Shown here in pieces: positions 42,136 through 51,021 of a stretch of 59,652 nt of DNA. Location of the stretch: contig DASUFQ010000123.1 in NCBI GenBank assembly GCA_036274515.1, forward strand, positions 1 to 59,652. The letters are read 5' to 3'. Position numbers and translations under genes: made by a program. The DNA is from Gemmatimonadales bacterium (GTDB taxonomy: Bacteria > Gemmatimonadota > Gemmatimonadetes > Gemmatimonadales > GWC2-71-9). The number at the start of each line of letters is the position of its first letter. Positions within the stretch are counted from its first letter, which is position 1. The notes beneath the pieces were generated by a model. That model was not told the origin of the DNA. It made no database searches and saw only the letters and a list, made by a program, of their open reading frames with translations.

Positions 42136-44301
42136 TCACCCTCTGGCGCGTGGCGCGCACCGACCGGCCGGGTCTCCAACGCAGGCCGTCCAGTCTGTGT
42201 CGCGGCCGAAAAAGATCAATCCGGTCAGGCGTGGGCGGAGCGCGGCCGTCGGCGGTCCCGGGTCCGGCAGGCCCGGCAGGGCGGCCAGCAGGGCCTGATC
42301 ATCCTCCAGCGCCAGCCGATCGAGGAGCATCGCCTCCCCGGCGGTGTGCCCGCAAGTGCAGAAGCGGAGCGCGCGCTCGAGAGAGGTGAGCAGCGCCTCG
42401 TCCCGCCGGCGTGCGGCTTCGCTGGCGAGTGTGCGAAGTCGGCGCCCGAGCTGCGCCGCGGCGGCCGGTTGGGGAACGCCGCTGATCCGCGCAGTCGACG
42501 CGTCCCGGAGGGCCCGGCGAAGGCAGGGCGCGAGGGAGGTCAGCACCTGCCGTACGACGGCTGGCGGCGGAGGCTCGAGGGTCCCGGCTGAGCACCCCTC
42601 CCGGAGGCGACGCTCGACAGGGCCGGGCTCTGCCGACCACCCAGACGCCTCCTCCCAATGGAAAACCATCGAGGCGATCCGCGCCCCGTCGCGCTCGAAC
42701 GCCAGTCCGGCCAACACTCCACTTCGGTCGGAATCCGCGGCCGCCACCCCCTCGACGCCCGCGCCCGTCAGTTCGCCCGCGATGTCGCGGCGCCACCGCC
42801 ACCGCGAGCGCCCTCCCTCGCCAAGCCCGTGCCCGACCGGAAGTGCCGCCTTCGCGCGCAGCAGCGGCAGCTGCCGCAGCCGGGCCTCCACCCGCGGGCC
42901 CGGAAGGAAGCGGACGACCTCCACCTCTCCCCAGGGGGAACCGCGGCGGACGGCCCGCCCGTCCCGTTGCGACAGCCGCACATCGGTCCAGGGCAGGTCG
43001 TAGTGCACGACCCGTCCGGCGCCCTGCAGGTTGAGTCCCTCCGCGGCGACATCGGTTGTCAGCAGGGTGCGCGGCCGCCCGGGGGTTTCCCCTGCCGGGG
43101 CAAACACATCAGGCCGGAACCAGTTGAGCACGTCGTTTCTCGGGAGCGGGTGTGTCCCAAGGCCGGATCGGCGCCCGGTGCACCAGGCCAGCCAGCGATC
43201 GGGAAGCCGGCGCCTGAGGTAGGTGATCGTCTCGCGCGCCGCGACAAAGACGAGGGTAGGTATCCGGTCGCGCAGGAGATCGGCGAGCCGATCCGACTTC
43301 GGGTCGGGGGCGTCGCGGAAACGCGCGGCCTCCGCCATCAGCGCTTCGACGACGTCGAGGTCATCGAGGACGAGTTCGTGGTCCGACGCCGCGGCGGGCA
43401 GGAGCGGCCAGAGGACCAGTTGCGAATCGGAGTCGCCGACCAGGAGGCGGAGGCTTCTTCGATCCATCGGCCGGCCGGCAGCACGGGCATCCCGCGCGTG
43501 GAGCAGCAGGTGCCGGTACCGTCGCATGGAGGCGAGCAAGGCGCTCGTGCTGGAGGACAGGGCGCGACAGAAGACGGTGCGGAGGAGCGCGGCGATCTCG
43601 GGCCGCGAGGATAGCGCCAGCCGGTCGAGCACGTCCAGCAGGGCGGCGCCGCCACTCTCGAGCACCTCGCTCCGGTACCGAGTCGGGGGCGCCGTCACGG
43701 CGGTCAATCGCTGAATCACGAACCTTCCCAGGGAGGCAGGGACATCCTGCCGCGCGAAGGCACGCCGGAGTGAGGGAGCGCCGTCGTCGCCGAGGGCGTC
43801 GTCGCGGAGGCCGAGGTGCAGCTGGTGGAACAGGTCGGAGGACCGGTTCACGATCGGGGTCGCGCTGAGCAGGAGGACGCGCCGACCGACCAGCCATGGC
43901 GCGAGGGTGCGGTACCGGCGGATGCCGGGGTGGCGGAAATGGTGGGATTCGTCCACGATGACGAATGAGGGTGTCGCGCGTGGCAGCCGCCCTCTCGACA
44001 GCTGGGCGTGGGACCAGACGACGGCCTGGATTCCCAGCCGGTCGGCCACCTCCTTCCATTGAGGCACCAGCGCTGCCGGGACCAGGCAAGCCGGACGGTC
44101 GACGCCGAGGCCGCGTGCCACCGCGAGGGAGACAAATGTCTTGCCGCTTCCGACCGGGTCGGCGCAAAGCACCGCCCCGTCCGTCCGCACGGCAGCCAGC
44201 AGCAGCCGGAAGGCGTCTGCCTGGGCCTCGTCGAGCCAGTCCGGCGCCGGGTCGGAGGCGCGCCGCGGCGCCAGGGAGGCGGCCAGGGCGCGGGCGACCA
44301 T
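42136..44301 (-). CDS. SNF2/DExH-type superfamily-2 helicase with ~250-aa C-terminal extension
   Basis: Start set at the first canonical codon after the upstream stop (ATG 44301); the track ORF runs to 44571. Motifs: ADPVGSGKT (I, 44137..44151), VIVDESHHFR (II), LLLSATP (III), LLTTDVAAEGLNLQ (V), HYDLPW...SQRDGRAVRRG (VI). Confidence 0.8.
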   Translation of the reverse strand: MVARALAASLAPRRASDPAPDWLDEAQADAFRLLLAAVRTDGAVLCADPVGSGKTFVSLAVARGLGVDRPACLVPAALVPQWKEVADRLGIQAVVWSHAQLSRGRLPRATPSFVIVDESHHFRHPGIRRYRTLAPWLVGRRVLLLSATPIVNRSSDLFHQLHLGLRDDALGDDGAPSLRRAFARQDVPASLGRFVIQRLTAVTAPPTRYRSEVLESGGAALLDVLDRLALSSRPEIAALLRTVFCRALSSSTSALLASMRRYRHLLLHARDARAAGRPMDRRSLRLLVGDSDSQLVLWPLLPAAASDHELVLDDLDVVEALMAEAARFRDAPDPKSDRLADLLRDRIPTLVFVAARETITYLRRRLPDRWLAWCTGRRSGLGTHPLPRNDVLNWFRPDVFAPAGETPGRPRTLLTTDVAAEGLNLQGAGRVVHYDLPWTDVRLSQRDGRAVRRGSPWGEVEVVRFLPGPRVEARLRQLPLLRAKAALPVGHGLGEGGRSRWRWRRDIAGELTGAGVEGVAAADSDRSGVLAGLAFERDGARIASMVFHWEEASGWSAEPGPVERRLREGCSAGTLEPPPPAVVRQVLTSLAPCLRRALRDASTARISGVPQPAAAAQLGRRLRTLASEAARRRDEALLTSLERALRFCTCGHTAGEAMLLDRLALEDDQALLAALPGLPDPGPPTAALRPRLTGLIFFGRDTDWTACVGDPAGRCAPRARG

Positions 44302-44368
44302 GCCAGGGCCTGCGGGCGGGCCGGGTACCAGGAGGGAGGCAATGGGATCGGTGAAGGGAATGAGCGCC

Positions 44369-47300
44369 TCAGCGACGACGCTCGGCGCCCACGCCCACCA
44401 CCCCGGCGAGGAGCCGGCGGTCGCGTTCTTCGAGTCCAAGCCAGGCTCCCACGATCGTGTCGAGTTGATGCTGGAGCGCCTCTCCGGCAGCGCCGCGGCG
44501 TGCGATGGCCGCGAGGCGAGCATCCTCGAGCGCCCGCGGCGGCAGGGGAATCCCGCCCACCGCCCGGGCATTGAAGCGAGCGTACCCGCCGCTGGCCGGA
44601 TCGGTCACCACCCTTGCGGCCGCGCGGATCCAGGTCGAGTTGAGCCAGGCGGTGAGGGCGAGCGCCGGTCGCGACGCCGCCAGGATGACCAGGTAGCAGG
44701 AGTTGAGCGGGATGATGCGCCCCGATTCGGCCCCGACCAGGCAGGCGGCTTCGAGCCGCGGCGCGAGATCGGGCCAGGCCACCCGCGGGCGGGCACACCC
44801 CGCCGCCGGACGGAAGAGCGTCCATGGCGCGTTCCCGTCGTCGTCGACGCGAGCGCGCAAGGCAGCCTCGTGCAGGGCAAAGTGGCGCGCGGCGCCAGGA
44901 GGGAGGGCGCGAAGCGGCCGCCCTTCCGCATCGTGCGTCCAGACGATCCGCCCGGAAGGCGCCGCGCGAAATGCACGGATGTCCTTCCCATGCAGTGCGG
45001 GTCGGACCAGGCCGGCCTCGATCTCCGGTCCCGGTTCGAGGAAGAGGTGGTTGGCCCCCGACTTGACCCCGAGGTGCACGCGCAACGTGTCGGCCAGCCG
45101 CGGAAAGCGCTCCAGGCTGGCGAGCGCGCGCTGGAGGCCCCCGGAATGGAGGATCCACGGGGCGCCGCCCGACGGGAGCCGCTCCAGGACGGCGCGGGAG
45201 CCGGGGTCGAGCCCAAGCGACGGCCGGTGCGACGCTGCCGCCCGTTCGGTCCGCGCCACGAGGGCGAGCGGGTACGCGGTGGCGTCGAACTCGGCGCCGT
45301 TCGAATTGGTGAGGTCGGAGAGCGAGAGGATCGTCCCCCGCTCGGCGAGCGCGGCACGCAGGGTTGACGCGTACGCCGCCGTGGCGAGCTTGGCGGGGAC
45401 CAGCATCGCGACGATTCCCCCGGACCGCGTCAGTTCCCAGGCGCGCTCGAGGAACGCGACCGACAGGTCCGGCTGGTGGGCGTAGCCGCGGCCGCTCCCG
45501 GCCCTCCACCACCGAAACCGCTCGCGCAACTGGCGACGGACGGGGGCCGGCAGCGACTCGGCCCTGACCCACGGCGGGTTTCCGATGATCAGGTCGAACC
45601 CGCCGGCGGCCATCACGTCGCCGAACTGGATGTCGAAATCGAAGCTCGGGACCGCTCCGGACTCCCGGAGGGCTCGTCGCATGCCCCGGAGGGAGCGCAA
45701 CGACTCCCGTGCGATCGTGACCGCTCGGCGCGCCTCCCGGTCGAGCCCGCGACGCACTCCGAAGAGCGTCAGCTCCTTCCCGCACGAGATCAGGCGGCGG
45801 AGTTCCACTTCCCGTTCGATGATCGCCGCGTCCAGGCGTTCCGTGGCCGTGGCCGTCTCGATCCGCCGTAGCCGGGCCAACGCTTCCCGCTTTGCCGCCC
45901 CGGTCGCTCCCGCGGCGCTCCGGCGGGCCTCCGCGAGCGCGGGCGCGTTGCGCGACGCCCGCAGCGGGTGCCGCAGTGCGAGGCGGAGCGGGTCGGAGAG
46001 GCTGTCGCCCTGGCGGACGAAGGCGTCGAGATTGGGAAGCGGGTCGACCGCTTCTGGGGACCCGTCGGGTTCGGCGGCGATGATCGCGAGCCAGAGCCGG
46101 AGCTCCGCCAGCCGGACCGCGGCCGGGTTGAGGTCGACGCCATAGAGCTGCCGCGCCACCACCTCTCTCGGATGGCAGGGCAGGGCGGCGGCGCGCCGGA
46201 AGCGGAGGAGACGCTCGAGGGCACCGAGAAGGAACGCGCCGGAGCCGACGGCGGGGTCGAGGACGGTTGCCCTCTCGATGACCCGTACCGCGGATGAATC
46301 CCCGGAGGCAAGCCGCCGGAGCGCCTCGGCCCCCGAGCAACCGAGCCGGCCTGCGACGAAGCCGGCGAGCGCGGCGTCGACGAGCGATCGCACCAGGGCG
46401 TCCGGTGTGTAATAGGTGCCGGTTTGCCTGCGTGCTTCCGGGTCCATCACCCCTTCGAAGACGCGTCCGAGCATGTCCGGGGCGATGCAGCCCGGCGTGT
46501 CAGCGCCGACCACGAAGTGGTAGCGTTCGAAGAGCGTGTCGAAGGCGTCGCGCCACGCCTCGTCAGGGATGTCCGGCCGGTGGGCGCGCTCCAGCCGATG
46601 AGGTTCGAAGAGCCCGCCGTTGAGGAAGGGGATGGCGCCAAACGAGCGGGCCGCGGAGGAGCGGCGCGCCGCCGGCTGGTTCAGCGTGCCGAAGAAGAGC
46701 GGGAGGAGGAGGTGTCGGTGGATCCGCCTCCGGTGGAAGAGGCAGTCATCGACGTGGCGGCGCAGGAACTGGTCGGATCCGTCCAGCCACCCCTTGGCCT
46801 GGACGAAGTAGAGAAACAGGACGCGGGTCAGCTGGAGGAGGGCCAGTTCGTGACGGTGGCGCGCGGGGATGGCCGGGGGCAGGGCCCCCATGATCCGGTC
46901 GAGGGTTGCCCGAAACGCGGTGAAGAAGCGGTGGCCGACGCCCGCGCCGGTCAGCGCCTCCGCTGCGCGCGAGGCGATCCCCAGTGACCCGCCCGTCTGC
47001 GCCTGGCCGATCCGGGCCAGGCAGCTGGCAGCCAGGTGACCCGGGTGCTCGAGGTCGACCTCGAGGACCGGCGTGCCCCCGAACCCGACCGAGACCACGA
47101 GTTGCCGGCGCTCCGTGCCAAGCCCGAAGATGCCGCAGATGCGCCCCCGTGCCGCCAGCTGACGGGCGAGGCGTGGCGCTGCGTGGGTTGGGCGGCGAGA
47201 TTTGACGGCGTACCAGCGGAAGCCGCCGAGCCGGCCGACGATGGCCGCTTCCAGCGGCGGATCGGAACGGCGGCCGAGGTCGAGGGTGTGCGGGTCCACC

Positions 47301-47416
47301 GGCTCCCAGAGCGGCTCATGGCCCAGCGCCGCCACGAGTTGCGGGAGGTCGTGGAGCGCGCTGATGCCCTGCAGCACACGGCCTGAGACCACGTCGGTGC
47401 TCCTGAGTGGGGTCAC
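44369..47416 (-). CDS. Large gamma-class N6-adenine DNA methyltransferase, Eco57I/MmeI/PglX-like (1015 aa)
   Basis: IPFLNGGLFE, TGTYYTPDALV, motif I VLDPAVGSGAFL (46232..46258), motif IV LIIGNPPW (NPPW at 45569..45580), and a ~400-aa C-terminal TRD-like region. GTG start at 47416. Confidence 0.85.
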   Translation of the reverse strand: MTPLRSTDVVSGRVLQGISALHDLPQLVAALGHEPLWEPVDPHTLDLGRRSDPPLEAAIVGRLGGFRWYAVKSRRPTHAAPRLARQLAARGRICGIFGLGTERRQLVVSVGFGGTPVLEVDLEHPGHLAASCLARIGQAQTGGSLGIASRAAEALTGAGVGHRFFTAFRATLDRIMGALPPAIPARHRHELALLQLTRVLFLYFVQAKGWLDGSDQFLRRHVDDCLFHRRRIHRHLLLPLFFGTLNQPAARRSSAARSFGAIPFLNGGLFEPHRLERAHRPDIPDEAWRDAFDTLFERYHFVVGADTPGCIAPDMLGRVFEGVMDPEARRQTGTYYTPDALVRSLVDAALAGFVAGRLGCSGAEALRRLASGDSSAVRVIERATVLDPAVGSGAFLLGALERLLRFRRAAALPCHPREVVARQLYGVDLNPAAVRLAELRLWLAIIAAEPDGSPEAVDPLPNLDAFVRQGDSLSDPLRLALRHPLRASRNAPALAEARRSAAGATGAAKREALARLRRIETATATERLDAAIIEREVELRRLISCGKELTLFGVRRGLDREARRAVTIARESLRSLRGMRRALRESGAVPSFDFDIQFGDVMAAGGFDLIIGNPPWVRAESLPAPVRRQLRERFRWWRAGSGRGYAHQPDLSVAFLERAWELTRSGGIVAMLVPAKLATAAYASTLRAALAERGTILSLSDLTNSNGAEFDATAYPLALVARTERAAASHRPSLGLDPGSRAVLERLPSGGAPWILHSGGLQRALASLERFPRLADTLRVHLGVKSGANHLFLEPGPEIEAGLVRPALHGKDIRAFRAAPSGRIVWTHDAEGRPLRALPPGAARHFALHEAALRARVDDDGNAPWTLFRPAAGCARPRVAWPDLAPRLEAACLVGAESGRIIPLNSCYLVILAASRPALALTAWLNSTWIRAAARVVTDPASGGYARFNARAVGGIPLPPRALEDARLAAIARRGAAGEALQHQLDTIVGAWLGLEERDRRLLAGVVGVGAERRR

Positions 47417-47491
47417 TCAGGATGGGCCTCGCACCGTCAGGCCCGCGCACCATAGGAACGCACTCCAGACCCAAACGCCGGAGAGTCCGCG

Positions 47492-47986
47492 ATGCGAGTG
47501 TCGTACGCACGCCTGACCCGGGTGGTTCTGCCCGGGATCCTTGCCGCCCTCGCCCCGGGCTGCCATGCGCCCTCGCCCGCGCCAGCGCGGCCGGAAGTCG
47601 TGGTCCCGGCGTATTTCACGTCACCGGACTCGGTGCTGAAGGGGATGCCGTTCTCGGAGGCAGTCCAGGTGGGAAACCTGCTCTTCATCTCGGGGCAGAT
47701 TGGAAGCGTCCCCGGCACGATGACGCTCGCGGCCGGCGGCATCGGGCCGGAGTCGCGCCAGGCACTCGAGAACATCCGCGCGATCCTCGAGCGCCGGGGC
47801 GCCTCGCTCGCCGACGTGGTGAAGTGCACCATCTTCCTCGCCGACATCGGCGAGTGGGGGGCGTTCAACCAGGTCTATCGGGAGTTCTTTTCGCCGCCCT
47901 ATCCGGCGCGAAGCGCGCTCGGGGGGACGGCGCTCGTCTTCGGTGCGCGCACCGAGGTGGAGTGCATCGCGGTGGTGCCGGGCTAG
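47492..47986 (+). CDS. RidA/YjgF/TdcF-family protein with N-terminal signal (possible lipoprotein)
   Basis: GNLLFISGQIG...VKCTIFLADIGEWGAFNQVYREFF..PYPARSA...VECIAV. N-terminal LPGILAALAPGC. Confidence 0.8.
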   Translation: MRVSYARLTRVVLPGILAALAPGCHAPSPAPARPEVVVPAYFTSPDSVLKGMPFSEAVQVGNLLFISGQIGSVPGTMTLAAGGIGPESRQALENIRAILERRGASLADVVKCTIFLADIGEWGAFNQVYREFFSPPYPARSALGGTALVFGARTEVECIAVVPG

Positions 47987-48240
47987 TAGTTCTCCAGCAC
48001 CAGGGTGGAGAGGGCGTCGAGCGCCTGGTGCTCCGGCTTCACCCTCCCGTCGGGCGTGAAGCGGATGTTCATGGCGCAGAGTTCCTCAAGCGCGGTGCTC
48101 TGCTCGGCGGCGAGCGGCAGGATGAAGGGTGGACCTTCCGTTCGCATGCGCTCGACCGCTCCGATGAGCCAGTCGGGCCTGTCGGAGGCGCGTTCCAGCG
48201 CGGCGAGCATGTCGGCGGTGATGGTGAGGCGCATCCGCAC
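47983..48240 (-). CDS. Small hypothetical protein (85 aa)
   Basis: Strong GC3 bias in this frame. 60 nt downstream of the GT2 gene on the same strand. Its stop is interleaved with the RidA stop through the palindrome CTAG. Confidence 0.45.
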   Translation of the reverse strand: MRMRLTITADMLAALERASDRPDWLIGAVERMRTEGPPFILPLAAEQSTALEELCAMNIRFTPDGRVKPEHQALDALSTLVLENY

Positions 48241-48300
48241 TCCAGGTGATCGGGTGGTGCCTAAAGATTCTCCGGGCTGTCGCGGCGCGCAACCGCCGCG

Positions 48301-49446
48301 TCAGCCGGAGGAGTAGGTGCGTCCGCGCCACTCGATCCGGCGCGCCCCCCGGCGGATCGACCGCGCGAAGATCCACCCGGTCATGCCCACCCCGAGGGGA
48401 TAGGTGAGGCCGTAGAGCGGGTTGATCCCGAAGCCGGCGTCGAAGACCATCCAGAACGTCGCGCTGAACGCCGTGGCCCACGCCGCGGGCTCGACCCAGC
48501 CTGGCAGGAGTCCCACGAGCCCCAGGGCCAGGACGACCGGGGGCACGAGCCAGAACAGGACCCCGACCGCGAACATCACCGGCACCAGCGCGCGCAGCAC
48601 CGGCTCGTCGGGGTACGAGCGCCGCCCCCCGAGGTACACGTTCTTCGACCATCCCTCGACCATGCCGGCCAGGCTGGTGTACATCCGGGTGTCGAGCAGC
48701 GTGAGCCCGAACGCGAACAGTTGGGGACGGCCGGCTCGAAAGTACGCCTGGGCCAGGGCAAGGTCCTCCGCCACTTCGTGCTTCACCACCTCGTGAGTGC
48801 CGACCGCCTCGTAGCTCTCCCGGGTGACCAGGATGAACTGCCCGTTGGCGATCGCCCCGCTCGCCCGCCGCGCCCGGTTGACGACGCCGGGGTGAAATCG
48901 GAGGGCCAGCAGGGAGGCGACGATCGGCATGATGACCCGCTCCCAGAACGATCCGCAAAGCAGGCGCCCCAGTACCGTCACCAGATCCCGGCGCCGGCTC
49001 TCGAGGGCGCCGACGGCGCGACCCAGGAGGGTGGGGGCATGCCGGGTGTCGGCGTCGGTGAAGAGCAGCAGGTCGCCCCGGGCGGCGCGGTATCCCTGCA
49101 GGCAGGCCCACGGTTTTCCGAACCACCCCGCCGGCAGCTCCGCACCCGGCACGAGGCGCACGCGCGGGTCCCGGCCGGCGTACCGGGCGGCCACCGCGGC
49201 GGTGTCGTCGGTCGAGCGGTCGTCGACCACCAGAATCTCGACCGGGGTGTACGACGTGAGGAGGAGGGAGTCGAGGAGGATCGGGAGGTTGTCCTCCTCG
49301 TTCCGCGCCGGCACGATGACCGACACCAGCCTGCCACTCGCGAGCGGGCTGGCCTCGAGGCTGGGCTGGCGGCGAGCCAGGCGGATGAAGGCGAGGAAGG
49401 CGGCCGCCCAGGGCAGGGCGGGCCAGAGAGCCGGGAGCGGTGCCAC
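48301..49446 (-). CDS. Family-2 glycosyltransferase, membrane-integrated (CrtQ/HpnI-like architecture)
   Basis: VSVIVPARNEEDNLPILLDSL, VVDDRSTDDT, FTDADT, plus N- and C-terminal TM helices. Confidence 0.8.
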   Translation of the reverse strand: MAPLPALWPALPWAAAFLAFIRLARRQPSLEASPLASGRLVSVIVPARNEEDNLPILLDSLLLTSYTPVEILVVDDRSTDDTAAVAARYAGRDPRVRLVPGAELPAGWFGKPWACLQGYRAARGDLLLFTDADTRHAPTLLGRAVGALESRRRDLVTVLGRLLCGSFWERVIMPIVASLLALRFHPGVVNRARRASGAIANGQFILVTRESYEAVGTHEVVKHEVAEDLALAQAYFRAGRPQLFAFGLTLLDTRMYTSLAGMVEGWSKNVYLGGRRSYPDEPVLRALVPVMFAVGVLFWLVPPVVLALGLVGLLPGWVEPAAWATAFSATFWMVFDAGFGINPLYGLTYPLGVGMTGWIFARSIRRGARRIEWRGRTYSSG

Positions 49447-49450
49447 GGAA

Positions 49451-49984
49451 CTACCGGTTGCGGGTGACGGCCGCCAGCTCCCCCTCGAGCTGTTCCAGCT
49501 GGCGGCTGACCTCGTCTGCGTCTACCGCCGCCCCCGGCCCCGGCACGCCGTTCTGGGCGAAGATCGTGGCCACCAGCGCGTCGGTGTACCCGACGACGGT
49601 CACGCCAATGCCCTTGTCGAGCACGCGGTTGAGCTGCAGCATGATCGCCATGGCGCGCCGGGGCCGCATCGCGGCGAGGACCGGCGCGAGGTTGCGGATG
49701 AGGAGTTCCCGGAGGAACTGCATCTCGTCCACCACTTCGCCGGCCGCGAGGCCGCGGGCCGCCGCCAGCCGCCCGAAATGCTCGCAGGCGTGGAGCCAGA
49801 CCGGCTTCGTCTCGCGACGGACTGGCCCGACCATTTCGCCGAGCAGCTCGATGATGAGGCGCAACTCCCGCTCGATGATGGGGCGGGGTATTGTGGTAGA
49901 GGTTTGCATGCGGTCGCCCAGCCAGTCGGCCCACTGGGTGACCATCTCGTCCCGTAGGTCGAAAATCACGCGGCTGGCGGCCAC
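49451..49984 (-). CDS. Hypothetical all-helical protein (possibly RsbR-N/globin-sensor-like)
   Basis: 177-aa ORF with good GC3 bias, ending 4 nt upstream of the GT2 start. The family call is a weak impression only. Confidence 0.4.
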   Translation of the reverse strand: MAASRVIFDLRDEMVTQWADWLGDRMQTSTTIPRPIIERELRLIIELLGEMVGPVRRETKPVWLHACEHFGRLAAARGLAAGEVVDEMQFLRELLIRNLAPVLAAMRPRRAMAIMLQLNRVLDKGIGVTVVGYTDALVATIFAQNGVPGPGAAVDADEVSRQLEQLEGELAAVTRNR

Positions 49985-50055
49985 GAGGGCCGGATCGGAA
50001 GCGCGCAGGGCGTTCCTCCTAAGAGTGGCGCCCCCAATCTACAACAGGAGTCGGA

Positions 50056-51018
50056 ATGGGGTCAAAGAACTTCACCCGCCCGCCGGTGCTCGGCGCGGGA
50101 AGCCGGGTGGCGCTGGTGGCGCCGGCGGGCCCGCTGCTCGAGCACGACGACCTCCGTCGCGGCGAGGAGCTCTGCCGGGCGCTCGGGTTCGAGCCGATCC
50201 TCGGCCCCAACGCCTACCAGCACTACGGGTACCTGGCCGGCACCGACGCCGAGCGCCTCAGCGACCTCAACGCCGCCATCGCCGACCCCCGCATCGACGC
50301 GGTCTGGTGCCTGCGCGGCGGGTACGGCATGACCCGCATCATCGACCAGGTCGATTTTTCCCCGCTCCGGAAGCGGCCCAAGGCCCTGATCGGGTTCTCG
50401 GACATCACGGCGCTCCTGAACGGCGCACAGGTCCAGGCGGGGCTGGTGACTTTCCACGCGCCCATGGCCCGGGCACCGCTCACGCCGTTCAGCCGGTGGC
50501 ACTTCGACCGGGTGCTGACGACGGTGAATCCGGCCGGCCGGCTGGGGCGCGTGGCGCCCCCCGCGGACGTGCTGGTGCCGACCAGCGGCCGTATCGTGAC
50601 CCTCGTGCCCGGCCAGGCGGTCGGCCAGCTGGTGGGAGGCAACCTCACCCTCCTCCAGTGCTTGGTGGGCACCCGGTACTTTCCGGACCTCGACGGGAAG
50701 CTCCTCTTCATCGAGGACGTGGGCGAGAACCTCTATTCTGTCGACCGGATGCTCGCCCAGCTTCGCTCCCTGGGCGAGCTCCAGAAGGTGGCGGGCATCC
50801 TGGTCGGCCAATTCACCGAGCTACGCCGGGGGACCGAGGACGGCTCCCTCGGCTTCGACGAGGTACTCACCACCTACCTCGCCCCGCTCAAGGTGCCGGT
50901 GGCGTACGGCTTTCCAATCGGGCACGTCGACGATCAATGGACCCTTCCCCTCGGCGTCAGCGCGCGCCTCGACGCTACGGCGGGGGAGGTGGAGATCCTC
51001 GACGGCGCGGTGCGCTAG
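50056..51018 (+). CDS. ldcA: LD-carboxypeptidase (peptidase S66, LdcA/MccF-like)
   Basis: VALVAPAGP, YLAGTDAERLSDLN, RGGYG, GFSDITAL (Ser nucleophile), GHV...PLG. Confidence 0.85.
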   Translation: MGSKNFTRPPVLGAGSRVALVAPAGPLLEHDDLRRGEELCRALGFEPILGPNAYQHYGYLAGTDAERLSDLNAAIADPRIDAVWCLRGGYGMTRIIDQVDFSPLRKRPKALIGFSDITALLNGAQVQAGLVTFHAPMARAPLTPFSRWHFDRVLTTVNPAGRLGRVAPPADVLVPTSGRIVTLVPGQAVGQLVGGNLTLLQCLVGTRYFPDLDGKLLFIEDVGENLYSVDRMLAQLRSLGELQKVAGILVGQFTELRRGTEDGSLGFDEVLTTYLAPLKVPVAYGFPIGHVDDQWTLPLGVSARLDATAGEVEILDGAVR

Positions 51019-51021
51019 CCG

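Noticed and set aside
43848-46340. 830-aa minus-strand ORF overlapping the helicase/methyltransferase junction
   Set aside because: It is an alternative frame of the same strand with Arg/Pro/Gly-rich junk composition. The methyltransferase and helicase frames carry the full motif sets.
46666-47416. Cryptic PD-(D/E)xK endonuclease in the methyltransferase N-terminus (as in MmeI-type IIG/IIL enzymes)
   Set aside because: I could not find a D...(D/E)xK arrangement. The region is nearly lysine-free. This is a by-eye judgement only, so it remains a point to test rather than a firm exclusion.
41410-47416. Methyltransferase-helicase module as a mobile genomic island
   Set aside because: There is no integrase, transposase, tRNA or flanking direct repeats. 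Base composition and codon bias look the same as the surroundings. Horizontal origin cannot be supported from this window.
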